Assembly: GCA_963825055.1 (NCBI GenBank) | Contig: CAWGSK010000012.1 | Location: 576,001 to 640,000, forward strand | Source of the DNA: an uncultured Gemmatimonadales bacterium | GTDB taxonomy: Bacteria > Gemmatimonadota > Gemmatimonadetes > Gemmatimonadales > GWC2-71-9 | Direction: 5' to 3' | DNA: 64,000 nt | Part shown: positions 26,769 through 36,928 of the stretch, piece after piece | Position numbering within the stretch: the stretch's first letter is position 1 | Layout of the letters: each line of letters begins with the position of its first letter | Made by a program: the position numbers and the translations under genes | The notes under the pieces: model-generated | What the model was told of the DNA's origin: nothing | The model's database searches: none | What the model saw: the letters and a program-made list of their open reading frames with translations, nothing else

Positions 26769-27447
26769 GCTGGCGTTCTCCGAAAAGCACAGTTCCAAGG
26801 CGGACCAGAGTGGCCCCCTCCTCGACAGCGACCGCAAAGTCGTCGGACATACCCATGGACAGTTCCGGGAGCTGATCCCCCCGGGTGGCGGCCTCGTCCC
26901 GGAGACGGCGCAGCAGCCCGAAGGTCCGGCGCTGTTCCGCCTCGTCCGCGCCGAAAGCGGCCATGGTCATCAGCCCCCTGGCGGAGAGGTGCGCCATCGG
27001 ACGCAGTGCCTCGAGCAGCGCGGGCAGCGCCTCCGGTTCCACCCCACCCTTCTGCGGCTCGCTGGAGCAGTTCACCTGCACCAGCACCTCCTGCCGGCCC
27101 GAGGCCACCCGGCGGTCCAGTTCCAGCGCCAGCTCCAGCCGGTCCAGCGAGTGGATCAGGGAAAAGCGACCCACCACCTGACGCGCCTTCCGGCGCTGCA
27201 GTGTCCCGATCAGGTGCCAGGCGACCGGCAGGCCGGCCAGCTCATCCTGCTTCGCCAGCGCCTCCTGTACGCGGTTCTCCCCGACGTCCTCCAGCCCCGC
27301 CTCCAACGCGGCGCGGACCGCCTCGGGGCCGTGCGTCTTGGTGACGGCCACCACGCGGACGGGGCGGGTCCAGCCACCCCGGGCGCGGCGATCCTCGATC
27401 ACCCCGCGCACATGGGCCAACCGGGCCGGGAGATCGGGGAAATACAT
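26758..27447 (-). CDS. yggS: YggS/PLPBP pyridoxal-phosphate homeostasis protein
   Basis: VAVTKTH, GENRVQE, WHLIGTLQ, LSMGMSDDF, VRLGTVLFG. Confidence 0.95.
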   Translation of the reverse strand: MYFPDLPARLAHVRGVIEDRRARGGWTRPVRVVAVTKTHGPEAVRAALEAGLEDVGENRVQEALAKQDELAGLPVAWHLIGTLQRRKARQVVGRFSLIHSLDRLELALELDRRVASGRQEVLVQVNCSSEPQKGGVEPEALPALLEALRPMAHLSARGLMTMAAFGADEAEQRRTFGLLRRLRDEAATRGDQLPELSMGMSDDFAVAVEEGATLVRLGTVLFGERQHDG

Positions 27448-27455
27448 AGCCTTAC

Positions 27456-27484
27456 AATTTAGCTAAGCCGGGGAGTGAATTGAA
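27456..27484 (-). promoter_or_regulatory. Putative sigma70 promoter of yggS and the downstream gene run
   Basis: TTCAAT-N17-TAAATT in an AT-rich gap, ending 8 nt before the yggS ATG; no SD. Confidence 0.5.
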
Positions 27485-27493
27485 GATGCGGGC

Positions 27494-29873
27494 TCAGGGC
27501 GTGTCGGGGGCCTGGCGGGGGCCGGCGTCTTCCGCCCGCCGGATCAGGGAACGCAGCGCGGGATCGGCGGCAAGGTGGGCAGCGCGCTCGAGGTTCCGCG
27601 TGGCCTCTTCGAGGTTTCCGCGGTCGCCCCAGGCCCAGGCGAGCTGGGTGAACGGGAGGCTCAGGTTCCACGCGATACCTCGGCTCGTGGGATCGAGTTC
27701 GCCGATCTCGCCCTCGAAGATGTGCCCGTAGCGAAACGTCTCCCAGAGCAGGCGCTGCGTGGTCGGGACGTCGAGCAGGACTCCGGCGACCCGCCGCGCG
27801 TCCACGTCGGGGCTGGTGCTGTCAACCACCGCGCCCTGGAGATGGTATCCCAGACCGCGCTGGAGAAGCCAGGGGGCGAGCCCGTGGAAATTCCGGCCGG
27901 TGGTGAGGCTCAGGACGACTGGACGGCGACCGGCGTTCTGTTGCAGGACCTTGATCTCCAGCACCTCGCCCGGATAGATCGGCGTCTCCGCCGGGATCAC
28001 GTAGGTGCCCGCGCCGACCCGGGTGGTCAGGTCGCGGGGGAGCATCGTCGGGGTGATGGCATCGATCTCCCGGTCGGTGAGTGTGTGCAGCGGGAAATCG
28101 GGGGGCACGGGATTCCGCCCCTGCCAGATGGCCGGCGCGGCGGCCTCGTCAAACGGCCGGACAGGATAGTCCCTGAGTTGCTTCATGTACCAGGGCGTGT
28201 TCGCCAGGGCGAGGCAGACGACGGTCACGTCACGCCTGACCCCCGCCACCTCCTGCGCCCACCAGAGCGGGAAGGTGTCGTTGTCCCCGAAGGTGAAGAG
28301 CACACCGTATGGCGGAACGGAATTGAGCACGTCGTAGGCAAAATCGGCGGCGAGGGTGGCGTCGGGCCCCTGCCGCCGGCCCGCCGACCGGAAGTTGAGC
28401 GCGAAGGGGATGAGGGCGAGCCCCAGCACGCCGAACCCCGCCGCCCGCCGCGCGGCCCCACCGCCCAGCAGGCCTCCCGCCCACCGGGCCAGACCCATCC
28501 CCGCCCAGAGCCCCCAGATGATGAAGCTCACCACAAAGAAATAGTCCCGCTCGCGCACCTCGTGATCCGCCCCCGATGGCCACCGGTCGTAGAAGATGCT
28601 GTATCCCGGGCGGAAATTCATGTACAGCACGAGGCCGATGCCCGTGACCAGGAAGATGCCGAAGAGAAGCCAGAAGCCCGCCGGATCCGACCTGCGATGC
28701 AGGAAGAGGCCGGTGATGCCCAGCGATCCCATCGCCATCGTGAAGAGCGTGTGCCAGGGCAGGGTCCCGAACGGCAGGGGCAGGCCTCCCTGCACATCGC
28801 GGGCCCACTGCCAGTCGAAATACTGGATGTAGTTGGCCGTCTGCGCGCCGAGCATGACGAGCGAGCGTCCCGGATTGTCGGGGCCGTGCAGCCGGTTCGG
28901 ATCGTCGAGCGGCGTGCGCACCGGATACTGGGCGCGCCGGATGACGTCGAGCAGCGCGTCGAAGTTGTCGGGCTGGGCCTCATTGATGACGGGATGCTGC
29001 CCCGCCCGGATGTAGAGGTAGCCGTAGGACGTGATGCCGACGCCGGCCACCAGCAGCGCGAGCAGGGCAAATACGGCCGATTGCCTGAGCGCGGCAAACA
29101 CCGCGGCCGCCAGGAAGAGCACTCCCCCGACCACCATGAGCGCGGTGTTCCCGAGCCCGGTTCCGATTACGAGGGCCCAGACCCCCGCGAGCACGGCGAG
29201 CCGGCTCCATTCCCGGCGCGCGATCACGGGATTCCCGGCGGGTTCCTTCCAGAGCGTGACCCCGATGAACAGCATCACGCCCGGGCCCCGCGAGCAGCGA
29301 CAGGAGGTGGTTGCCGATGGACGCGCCGGCGAGATAGACGATCAGGAACAGGATCCGCGCGGAGGCCGGCGTCCCCCGGCGGCGGCGCCAGACGAGGCAG
29401 AGCCACGCCATGGCCGCGGCGACGAACGTGGCGACGGAGTAGACCTCGGTTTCGTTCGAGTTCTGCCACGCCGTAAATGTGAACGCCGCCAGCACGACAG
29501 CCGCCATCGCGCCGCCGGTGCGGACCCATCGCGCCGCCGCGGGTGGCGCCTCGCGGGTGGCGCGGGTGAGGGCCTCGTGTACCACCAGGAACCAGCACCC
29601 CGCAGCTGCCGCGCTGAAGAGCGCCGTGAGCAGGTTCAGGCGCCACGCGAACTCGCCGAACGGGATGATCGAGCCCCAGACGTGCGCCAGCAGGACGAAC
29701 AGCGGCGTCCCCGGTGGATGGGGAATGCCGAGGATTTTCGAGGCCGCGATGAGTTCCCCCGCATCCCAGAACGTGACGGTCGGCGCGAGCGTGAACACGT
29801 AGCCCGCGAGAACCACGAGCCCGCTGGCGAGGGCGCCCTTCCAGGGAATGGGTGTTTCGGCGGCGTCAGTCAT
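27494..29873 (-). pseudogene. DUF2723 (TMEM260-like GT-C glycosyltransferase) gene split by a +1 frameshift near 29280-29289 (pseudogene or sequencing error)
   Basis: N-half MTDAAE..TFWDAGE..GIPHPPGTPL..ETEVY..GNHLLSLLAGP; C-half in another frame (RERDYFF, GDNDTFPLW); removing one base of GGGCCCGGGC joins them. Confidence 0.8.
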
Positions 29874-31065
29874 CGGCGGACGGGTTGGAGGAATCGGCAT
29901 CACGGACGACGGCGGAGGCGAGGGCGAGGGCATCGCGCACGGCGGCGGCATCGTGGACCCGGAAGATGGTCGCGCCCCGCTCCCAGGCCATGGCGCAGGC
30001 AACGGCGGTGACCGGATCGCGCGCCCCGGTTTCCCGCCCGGTGGCCTCGCCCAGGAAGCGCTTCCGGGACGGACCGACGTAGAGCGGTCGTCCGAGGACG
30101 TGCAGCTCCGCGAGCCGGTCGAGCAGCTCCAGGCTCTGGGAGGCCGTCTTGGCGAACCCGAAGCCGGGGTCGAGGACGATCCGGTCCACCTCGATACCCG
30201 CGTGCTCCGCGCGGTCGAGCATTTCCCGGCATTCCTCCAGGATGCCACGGACGGCGTCCACGCCGTAGTCCGTGTCATCGAGCGAGGCCATGCGATCGAC
30301 GGTGCCCCGGCTGTGCATCAGCACGAGCCCCGCGCCGGCCCGCGCGACCGTGCCGCCCATGTCCGGGTCAAGCCGCAGCCCGGAGACATCATTGATGACG
30401 GCCGCGCCCGCGTCCAGCACACGTTCCGCTACTGTGGCTTTCACCGTGTCCACCGCGACGGGGACGCCGGGGTGCTCGCGCACGAGCCGCTCCACGACCG
30501 GCACCACCCGCGACAGTTCCTCCTCGACCGGCACCGGGAGGGCACCGGGCCGGGTGGACTCGCCCCCCACGTCCAGCATCGAGGCGCCGTCGTCGACCAG
30601 CCGCGCCGCGTGAGCGGCGGCGCGTCCGGGGTCCAGATGGAGCCCCCCATCGGAGAAGCTGTCGGGGGTGGCGTTGATGATGCCCGCAATCCGGGGCACA
30701 TCGAGCGACAGGTTCCCTGCGGCGTGACGCCACTGCCGGGGGCGGTCGCCCGGGAGCGCGGCGCCGACCGCGAAGGCCACTTCGGCCAGTTCGGGCGGGA
30801 GCTGCCATGGGCGGCTGAACGCGCCGAAGCGGCTCCGCATCCCCGCCAGGACGACCCAGTCCTCACCCGTCACGAGGTCGATGCCGAGCGACGCCCCCTG
30901 ACGCACGAGGGCCTCGACGCGTTCGGCGTCGAGGCCCGTGACGTGCAGGATGACCGGATCGCAGGCGGCCGCCGTGAGCACAGACCGGTGCGGATCCCAG
31001 CCGTGCCGTTCGAGGGTTTCCCGCACCGCCCGCGGCGAATGCGCCGCGAGTGGAGTGACCCTCAT
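29866..31065 (-). CDS. folP: Dihydropteroate synthase with N-terminal extension
   Basis: INATPDSFSDGG, DVGGESTRPG, INDVSG, LDPGFGFAK, GPSRKRF, RVHD. Confidence 0.95.
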   Translation of the reverse strand: MRVTPLAAHSPRAVRETLERHGWDPHRSVLTAAACDPVILHVTGLDAERVEALVRQGASLGIDLVTGEDWVVLAGMRSRFGAFSRPWQLPPELAEVAFAVGAALPGDRPRQWRHAAGNLSLDVPRIAGIINATPDSFSDGGLHLDPGRAAAHAARLVDDGASMLDVGGESTRPGALPVPVEEELSRVVPVVERLVREHPGVPVAVDTVKATVAERVLDAGAAVINDVSGLRLDPDMGGTVARAGAGLVLMHSRGTVDRMASLDDTDYGVDAVRGILEECREMLDRAEHAGIEVDRIVLDPGFGFAKTASQSLELLDRLAELHVLGRPLYVGPSRKRFLGEATGRETGARDPVTAVACAMAWERGATIFRVHDAAAVRDALALASAVVRDADSSNPSADD

Positions 31066-33050
31066 GCCCCCGACGGCTCGGCGGGCGGTGTCCCGAGGAC
31101 GGGCGGCTTGACCGGCGAAGGCTCGGGCCGTGGACGGCGGGCCGGGGCCGGTTCGGCGGGCAGGTCCGCCGGCGCCGGCCGAGGCGGCAGTTCCCTCTTC
31201 TGGATCAGGAGATCCAGATCCTCGCGGTCGATCGTCTCGCGCTCGAGCAGCGCGTTGGCGATCCGATCCAGCAGTTCCCGATGCTCCACGACAAGCCGGC
31301 GGGCCGTGTCGTAGGCCTCGTCGATCAGCCGCTTGACCTCGTCGTCCACCATCTCGGCCGTGCGCTCCGACGTCTCCCGCCGGGTGGCGAACTCCCGCCC
31401 GAGGAAGATTTCCTGCTCAGGGTCGCCCACCGACATGGCACCGATCCGGTCACTCATCCCGAACTGGGTCACCATGCGGCGCGCCAGACTGGTCGCGCGC
31501 TCGATGTCGTTCCCCGCCCCGGTCGTCACCTTCTCCGGCCCGAATACGATCTCCTCGGCGACGCGGCCACCGAAGAACATCGCCAGGCTGCCGATGAGCC
31601 ATTCCTTCGTGTAGTTGTGCCGGTCCACTTCCGGCAGCGAGGCCGTCAGGCCGAGCGCCCGACCACGCGGAACGATGGTGACCTTGTGGATCGGGTCGCT
31701 GCCCGGCGTCATGAGCGCGACCACGGCGTGGCCGGCCTCATGGAACGCGGTGAGCTTCCGCTCGTCCTCGGTGAGCACCAGGCTCCGCCGCTCGACGCCG
31801 AGCATCACCTTGTCCTTGGCATCCTCGAAGTCCACCATATCCACGAGGGACTTGTTCCGCCGCGCGGCGAGGACCGCGGCCTCGTTCACGAGGTTGGCGA
31901 GGTCCGCGCCGGCGAGGCCCGGTGTCCCCTTGGCCAGCACGTCCAGCCGGACGTCGCTGCCGAGCGGAATCTTGCGGGTGTGCACCCGGAGGATGCCCTC
32001 GCGCCCGCGCACGTCCGGCGCGTCCACCACGATCTGCCGGTCGAACCGGCCCGGACGGAGCAGCGCCGGATCCAGCACGTCGGGCCGGTTGGTCGCCGCG
32101 AGGAGGATGACGCCTTCGTTGGACTCGAAGCCGTCCATCTCCACCAGCAGCTGGTTCAGGGTCTGCTCCCGCTCATCATGCCCCCCGCCGAGCCCCGCGC
32201 CACGGTGGCGTCCCACAGCGTCGATCTCGTCAATGAAGATGATGCACGGCGCGTGTGCCTTGCCCTGTTCGAACAGGTCTCGCACGCGGCTCGCGCCGAC
32301 GCCCACGAACATTTCGACAAAATCCGACCCTGACATCGAGAAGAACGGCCGTCCCGCCTCGCCCGCCACCGCCTTGGCCAGCAGGGTCTTGCCGGTGCCC
32401 GGCGGGCCGACGAGCAGCGCGCCCTTCGGCAGGCGACCGCCGAGGCGGGTAAACCGCTGCGGATCCTTGAGGAACTCGATGATCTCCTGCAACTCGACCT
32501 TCGCCTCGTCCGCGCCGGCCACGTCCGCGAACGTCACCTTGGGAGTGTCTCCCGAGAGCAGCTTCGCCTTGGACTTGCCGAACGAGAACGCGCGGCTGCC
32601 GCCGGCCTGCAGCTGGCGCATCAGGAAGAACCAGAGGCCGAACATCACGATCCAGGGCAGCGCCGCGAGGAGGAACGTCGTGAGCCCGTTCTTCGCCGCC
32701 CTGGCGGAGATGGGTACCCCGGTGTCCTCGATCCGCTTCAGGATCATCTCGCTGTTGCTGATCGGCAGGAGGACGGTGAAGCCGCGCGCCTGCCGTCCCT
32801 CCTGCATGACGGGCGTGCGGAAGTCCCCGTGCAGCTCCTTGCCCTCCACCACCTCGATGTTGGCCACGTTGCCGGCATCGAGCTGCTTCACGAACTCGGT
32901 GTACGTGAACTCCTGGGTCGGGCTGCTCTGCCGGCGCATCAGGTTGAACAGCGTGATGCCCAGCAGCACGACCAGCACCCAGAGGGCGAGGTTCTTGCTG
33001 AGACTTCCCCAGTTGCTCCCCGGCGAGCGGGGCGGTGTGCGTTCTGCCAT
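31062..33050 (-). CDS. ftsH: ATP-dependent zinc metalloprotease FtsH
   Basis: Two TMs, [40 protein letters not shown]. Confidence 0.98.
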   Translation of the reverse strand: MAERTPPRSPGSNWGSLSKNLALWVLVVLLGITLFNLMRRQSSPTQEFTYTEFVKQLDAGNVANIEVVEGKELHGDFRTPVMQEGRQARGFTVLLPISNSEMILKRIEDTGVPISARAAKNGLTTFLLAALPWIVMFGLWFFLMRQLQAGGSRAFSFGKSKAKLLSGDTPKVTFADVAGADEAKVELQEIIEFLKDPQRFTRLGGRLPKGALLVGPPGTGKTLLAKAVAGEAGRPFFSMSGSDFVEMFVGVGASRVRDLFEQGKAHAPCIIFIDEIDAVGRHRGAGLGGGHDEREQTLNQLLVEMDGFESNEGVILLAATNRPDVLDPALLRPGRFDRQIVVDAPDVRGREGILRVHTRKIPLGSDVRLDVLAKGTPGLAGADLANLVNEAAVLAARRNKSLVDMVDFEDAKDKVMLGVERRSLVLTEDERKLTAFHEAGHAVVALMTPGSDPIHKVTIVPRGRALGLTASLPEVDRHNYTKEWLIGSLAMFFGGRVAEEIVFGPEKVTTGAGNDIERATSLARRMVTQFGMSDRIGAMSVGDPEQEIFLGREFATRRETSERTAEMVDDEVKRLIDEAYDTARRLVVEHRELLDRIANALLERETIDREDLDLLIQKRELPPRPAPADLPAEPAPARRPRPEPSPVKPPVLGTPPAEPSGA

Positions 33051-33605
33051 CTATTCCAGGTCCGCTATGAACGGGAGATGCCGGTAATTCTCCGCGTGAT
33101 CCAAACCGTAGCCCACCAGGAAGGCCGGCGGGGCAAGAAATCCCGTGAACCGCAATTCCACGGGAGGTGCCGCTGCGACCTGCTTGTCCAGCAGGGCGCA
33201 GATCGCCAGACTCCGGGGCTGCCGCTCCGCGAGGAGCGACACCAACCGGTTCATGGTACGTCCACTATCAATAATATCCTCAACCAGCAGGATATGTTTG
33301 CCCTCGAGTTCCGTCTCCGGGTCATACAGCAGCCGGACATCACCGCTTGACACTTTCGCCGGGCCGTACGAACTCGCCACCAGGAAGTCCACCTGGAGCG
33401 GCCGCTCGATCTGGCGCACGAGATCGCTCAGGAAGATGAAGCTCCCCTTCAGCAGCCCCAGGACCAGCAGGTGCCCGTCGGGATACGCGGCCGTGATCTC
33501 GGCGCCCAGTTCCCGCACCCGGCCGGCGATGGTCGCCTCGTCGTAGATGATCGACTTGACGGGCTTGCCTCCCGTCCGCCGCAGCACATCAGCCGAAGCT
33601 GGCAT
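33051..33605 (-). CDS. hpt: Hypoxanthine phosphoribosyltransferase
   Basis: [30 protein letters not shown]. Confidence 0.95.
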   Translation of the reverse strand: MPASADVLRRTGGKPVKSIIYDEATIAGRVRELGAEITAAYPDGHLLVLGLLKGSFIFLSDLVRQIERPLQVDFLVASSYGPAKVSSGDVRLLYDPETELEGKHILLVEDIIDSGRTMNRLVSLLAERQPRSLAICALLDKQVAAAPPVELRFTGFLAPPAFLVGYGLDHAENYRHLPFIADLE

Positions 33606-34914
33606 CGACACGCACGCCCTCCGAACCTGCCTCCGGGACACCTTCCGCGCCGCGCGTCACGCGCGGCAGCCAGACAATCGTTCCTGCCCGTTCCACCACC
33701 GGCCATGCCGGACGGTGACGGCGCGCGACCCGCGCATCCTGGAGACACCGAACGACCAGTCGATGCCCGGCGCCACGCAGCGGTTGCACCCGTTCCCCGG
33801 GAAGCCAGGGGCGCACCGTGAGCGGGCCGGGCGTGAACCAGGCCGTCGCCCCCTCCCGCGCCTGCGTGGCCGGCACCCGTCCGGTCGACCACCGGAACCG
33901 CCACGCCCCCCAGGCCGCCTCCCCCGCGGAATCGTGCAGCGGAAGGATTCCTGCCGGAAGCGGCCGGGCCGCGTCACGCACGAAATGCAGGCGGCCGAAT
34001 GCCAGCTCGGCCCACCATCCGCCACCGAGGTCCGCGCGGCGCCCGCTGCCCGCCTGCCGGGCAAACGCGAACAGGCGGCTCGCGCGCGAGGGGCCCATGA
34101 GCCCGCCCGCGCGGCGCAGCGCCGCCATGAGGACCGCCGCACCCAGCGCCGAATCATAGTCCGCGAACGGGGTCACAGCAACGGACGCGCCATCGATTTC
34201 ACGCCGCCACTCGAGTGACGGGAGACGGTCCAGCGCCGCAGCCCACGCGCCACGCTGCTCCCGTGCCTGCCGCGCGGCCCGCCGCAGGCGGCGGTCCACG
34301 TCCGGAAGTCGCTCCCGGATCAGCGGCAGGATGGCGGTGCGGAGCCAGCTGCGGAGATGCCGCGGATCACGATTGGCCGGATCCTCCACCACTGGCCACC
34401 CCCGCTCCCGCACCCATGCCACGAGCTCCGCGTGGGTCCATGGCAGGAGCGGCCGGACAAGCCATCCCCTGCGCACGGCGATCCCGGCCAGGCCGGCGGG
34501 CCCGCTTCCGGCGAGCAACCGCATGAGGACGGTCTCCGACTGGTCGTCGGCGTGATGCGCGGTGAAGACCAGCGCCGCGCCGGTCTCCTCCCGGAGTGCG
34601 GTGAGCCAGGCATATCGCGCTTCGCGCGCGCGGGTCTCGCCCGCGCCGGCCCCCAGCTCCAGCCGAGTCGTCCGTACCGGGACGTCGAGCCGCTGGCCCA
34701 GCGCGCACACCGCCTCCGCCACCTCTCCGCTGCCCGGCTGTATGCCATGGTCCGCGTGTGCCACGACCAGGTCGAGCCCGTGCGCCTGGCGCGTCTCGAC
34801 CAGCAGGCCCAGGAGGGCGACGGAATCGGCGCCGCCGGACACCGCCACGATCGCGCGCCCCGCCGGCAGTTCGAGCGAGGCCAGATGCCGGGCGAAATCG
34901 GCCTGGAGACTCAC
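33589..34914 (-). CDS. tilS: tRNA(Ile)-lysidine synthetase
   Basis: VAVSGGADS, AREARY, HHADDQSET, RPLL; GTG start overlapping the HD gene stop; tilS-hpt-ftsH order. Confidence 0.93.
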   Translation of the reverse strand: MSLQADFARHLASLELPAGRAIVAVSGGADSVALLGLLVETRQAHGLDLVVAHADHGIQPGSGEVAEAVCALGQRLDVPVRTTRLELGAGAGETRAREARYAWLTALREETGAALVFTAHHADDQSETVLMRLLAGSGPAGLAGIAVRRGWLVRPLLPWTHAELVAWVRERGWPVVEDPANRDPRHLRSWLRTAILPLIRERLPDVDRRLRRAARQAREQRGAWAAALDRLPSLEWRREIDGASVAVTPFADYDSALGAAVLMAALRRAGGLMGPSRASRLFAFARQAGSGRRADLGGGWWAELAFGRLHFVRDAARPLPAGILPLHDSAGEAAWGAWRFRWSTGRVPATQAREGATAWFTPGPLTVRPWLPGERVQPLRGAGHRLVVRCLQDARVARRHRPAWPVVERAGTIVWLPRVTRGAEGVPEAGSEGVRVDASFG

Positions 34915-35561
34915 GGGGTTCCGTCCAGGGCGGCCAGTGCCGCGCGCAGGTTGCGCCGGGCGTTCTCCTCGTAACGGCGCTGGAACCACGTGGTGCGGAA
35001 AAGCGGCTGCCGGGCCAGGAGGGATTCCAGCACCGCCTTTCTTCCCTCCCGGAATTCCCCGCCGGGCATCCATGCGTACTCGCGACGGATGGCGCTGTCG
35101 TATTCGGAGAAGACTGCGGGATCCTCGCCCAGGATGGACAGGTCGATGTCTGTAATCCACGACGCCGCGCCCTCCGCCGGGGGCCGCCCGTGCCCCGTGG
35201 CCCACACCAGCGCCTGCACCCGCTCCACCAGCGGGGACGGCACTCCGTGCGCGCGGAGCAGCGCACCGCCCACGCGGGCGCTTGCTTCCTCGTTGTCGCG
35301 CCGCGCGGGATCGTATACCAGGTCGTGGATCCAGAGTGCGGCTTCCACGGCGTCGCGATCCGGTACCCCCGGCGCGGCATCGAGCAGCGCGAAGCAGCGG
35401 TGAATATGATCGAGGTTGTGGTAGGCGCGGGCCGGCTCGCCGTATCTCGCGGCGATCACCGGCCAGCTGCCCCCGGCACCGCTCCCGATCCGCTCCAGCA
35501 GCGCCCCCCACCGGGCCTCCATGGCCTTGGCGCGGGCGCCGCCCTCCGTCGCGACCATCAT
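34911..35561 (-). CDS. Predicted HD-superfamily metal-dependent phosphohydrolase (COG4339-like)
   Basis: RAYHNLDHI, IHDLVYDP..DNEEASA, DIDLSILG, IRREY. Confidence 0.85.
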   Translation of the reverse strand: MMVATEGGARAKAMEARWGALLERIGSGAGGSWPVIAARYGEPARAYHNLDHIHRCFALLDAAPGVPDRDAVEAALWIHDLVYDPARRDNEEASARVGGALLRAHGVPSPLVERVQALVWATGHGRPPAEGAASWITDIDLSILGEDPAVFSEYDSAIRREYAWMPGGEFREGRKAVLESLLARQPLFRTTWFQRRYEENARRNLRAALAALDGTP

Positions 35562-36598
35562 GCGACGACGAGGCGTGCCACGTGGCGGCGTACCGCGCGC
35601 GCCAGGGTGACGACGGGGGAACTTCCGGTGAAGGCGCCGGCGATCGCATAGAGCGTGCGTGGGGAGAAGTCGGGTTCGTTGCTGATCGCCCAGACGCCCT
35701 CCCAGCCTTCGGGCTGCAGCTTGGACTTGAACCGGTCGAGGCCCTCGAAGTTGTAGAACCGTCTCCCCGCCCGCCGCACCACGCGGAAGGCGGTGCGAAG
35801 CCAGGCCTCCTGGCCCGCGCCCGGGCGCCCGGCGTGGCGGCTGAGCGGAGCCAGCCCCAGCGTCACGTACGCGGCTCCCCCGCGGTTCAGCTGGCGCATG
35901 GCGGCATCAATGAGAAGTTCCGCGGTGCCGTTGGGCGCCGCGCGGCCCCGGACGATCTGCTCCAGCAGCCATCCCCGGCGGGTGGGAATCGGCGAGGCAA
36001 CGAGGAAACCGACCGGGGCGTGCCCGCGCGACGCCACGAACACCCGGCGATCGAAGAGGCAGTCGAGTGTCTCGGGTTCCACCAGGAAATGGAGCGGCGG
36101 GAGCCCCCTTCCCTCGAGCCACTCATCAAGGCAGCCTCGCAGGCCGGGATCCTGTTCCGCCCGGGCCACCGGCCATTCCCGCACCCGTACCTGCTTGTTG
36201 CGCGCCCGGTTGACCTGTGACCTGATGGAGGAACAGCGGCGCACGATCCCGGGCCAGTGCCCCGGGTTCCACCATGGCTGGGCGCCCAGGAGGACGGCCG
36301 CGTGCCCCGTCCGGGCGGTGACATCGAGCAGCCGGCGCTCGGCGCCGAAGTAGCAGACCCGTTCCCCGCACCGTCTGGCATCTTCCTCGAACTCGCGTGC
36401 CACGGCGGGCAGCCGACTCTCGACGCAGACCGGTGCCCCCGCGGCCACACGTACCCCGTGACGGGTCACATGTCCGACGACGGCCTCGCCATCATGGGAA
36501 AACCAGTGGGAGATTCCGGGATTCACAATCTGGTAGGCCGTGGCGTTCCATCCGTAGCACTGGACCAGGGCGCGCACCCGTGACATCTCCGTCTCCAT
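35558..36598 (-). CDS. DUF2156 / lysyl-phosphatidylglycerol synthase C-terminal-like domain protein (tRNA-dependent aminoacyl transferase fold)
   Basis: AGAPVC, RSQVNRARNK, APNGTAELL, VTLGLAPL, YNFEGLDRFKSKL.P. Confidence 0.8.
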   Translation of the reverse strand: METEMSRVRALVQCYGWNATAYQIVNPGISHWFSHDGEAVVGHVTRHGVRVAAGAPVCVESRLPAVAREFEEDARRCGERVCYFGAERRLLDVTARTGHAAVLLGAQPWWNPGHWPGIVRRCSSIRSQVNRARNKQVRVREWPVARAEQDPGLRGCLDEWLEGRGLPPLHFLVEPETLDCLFDRRVFVASRGHAPVGFLVASPIPTRRGWLLEQIVRGRAAPNGTAELLIDAAMRQLNRGGAAYVTLGLAPLSRHAGRPGAGQEAWLRTAFRVVRRAGRRFYNFEGLDRFKSKLQPEGWEGVWAISNEPDFSPRTLYAIAGAFTGSSPVVTLARAVRRHVARLVVA

Positions 36599-36609
36599 GC
36601 GGGGGTGCG

Positions 36610-36894
36610 CTACGACCACGGGGCTTCCCGCCGGCGGTGGCGGAGGAGCATCAGGGCGCTTCCCGCCCAGCCTGCCCAGTTGACCAGGAACAGGATGAGC
36701 GGAGCGTCGGCGGGACGGCCCAGGCCCGCCAGCGAGCTGATTTCGTTGAAGATCAGTGCGGGCAGGAGCCCCCAGGTAAGGGGGATGCGCACCAGCCGTG
36801 GAATGGTCCATGGGAAAACGTATACCAGGGTGGCGAGTCCGGCGAGCAGCCCCGCGCCGCCGATGGCCACGAGGCGCCAGCGGGCGCGCGTCAC
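36610..36894 (-). CDS. Small hypothetical membrane protein; start uncertain
   Basis: About 94 aa with 2-3 hydrophobic segments filling the gap between kamA-like and DUF2156. Confidence 0.5.
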   Translation of the reverse strand: MTRARWRLVAIGGAGLLAGLATLVYVFPWTIPRLVRIPLTWGLLPALIFNEISSLAGLGRPADAPLILFLVNWAGWAGSALMLLRHRRREAPWS

Positions 36895-36928
36895 CCGCGG
36901 CGCCCGGTGCAACGGGCGCCGGCCGCGC

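Noticed and set aside
34915..35649. N-terminal extension of the 686-aa tilS ORF
   Set aside because: Low-complexity alternative frame of the HD hydrolase gene; TilS similarity begins at GTG 34914
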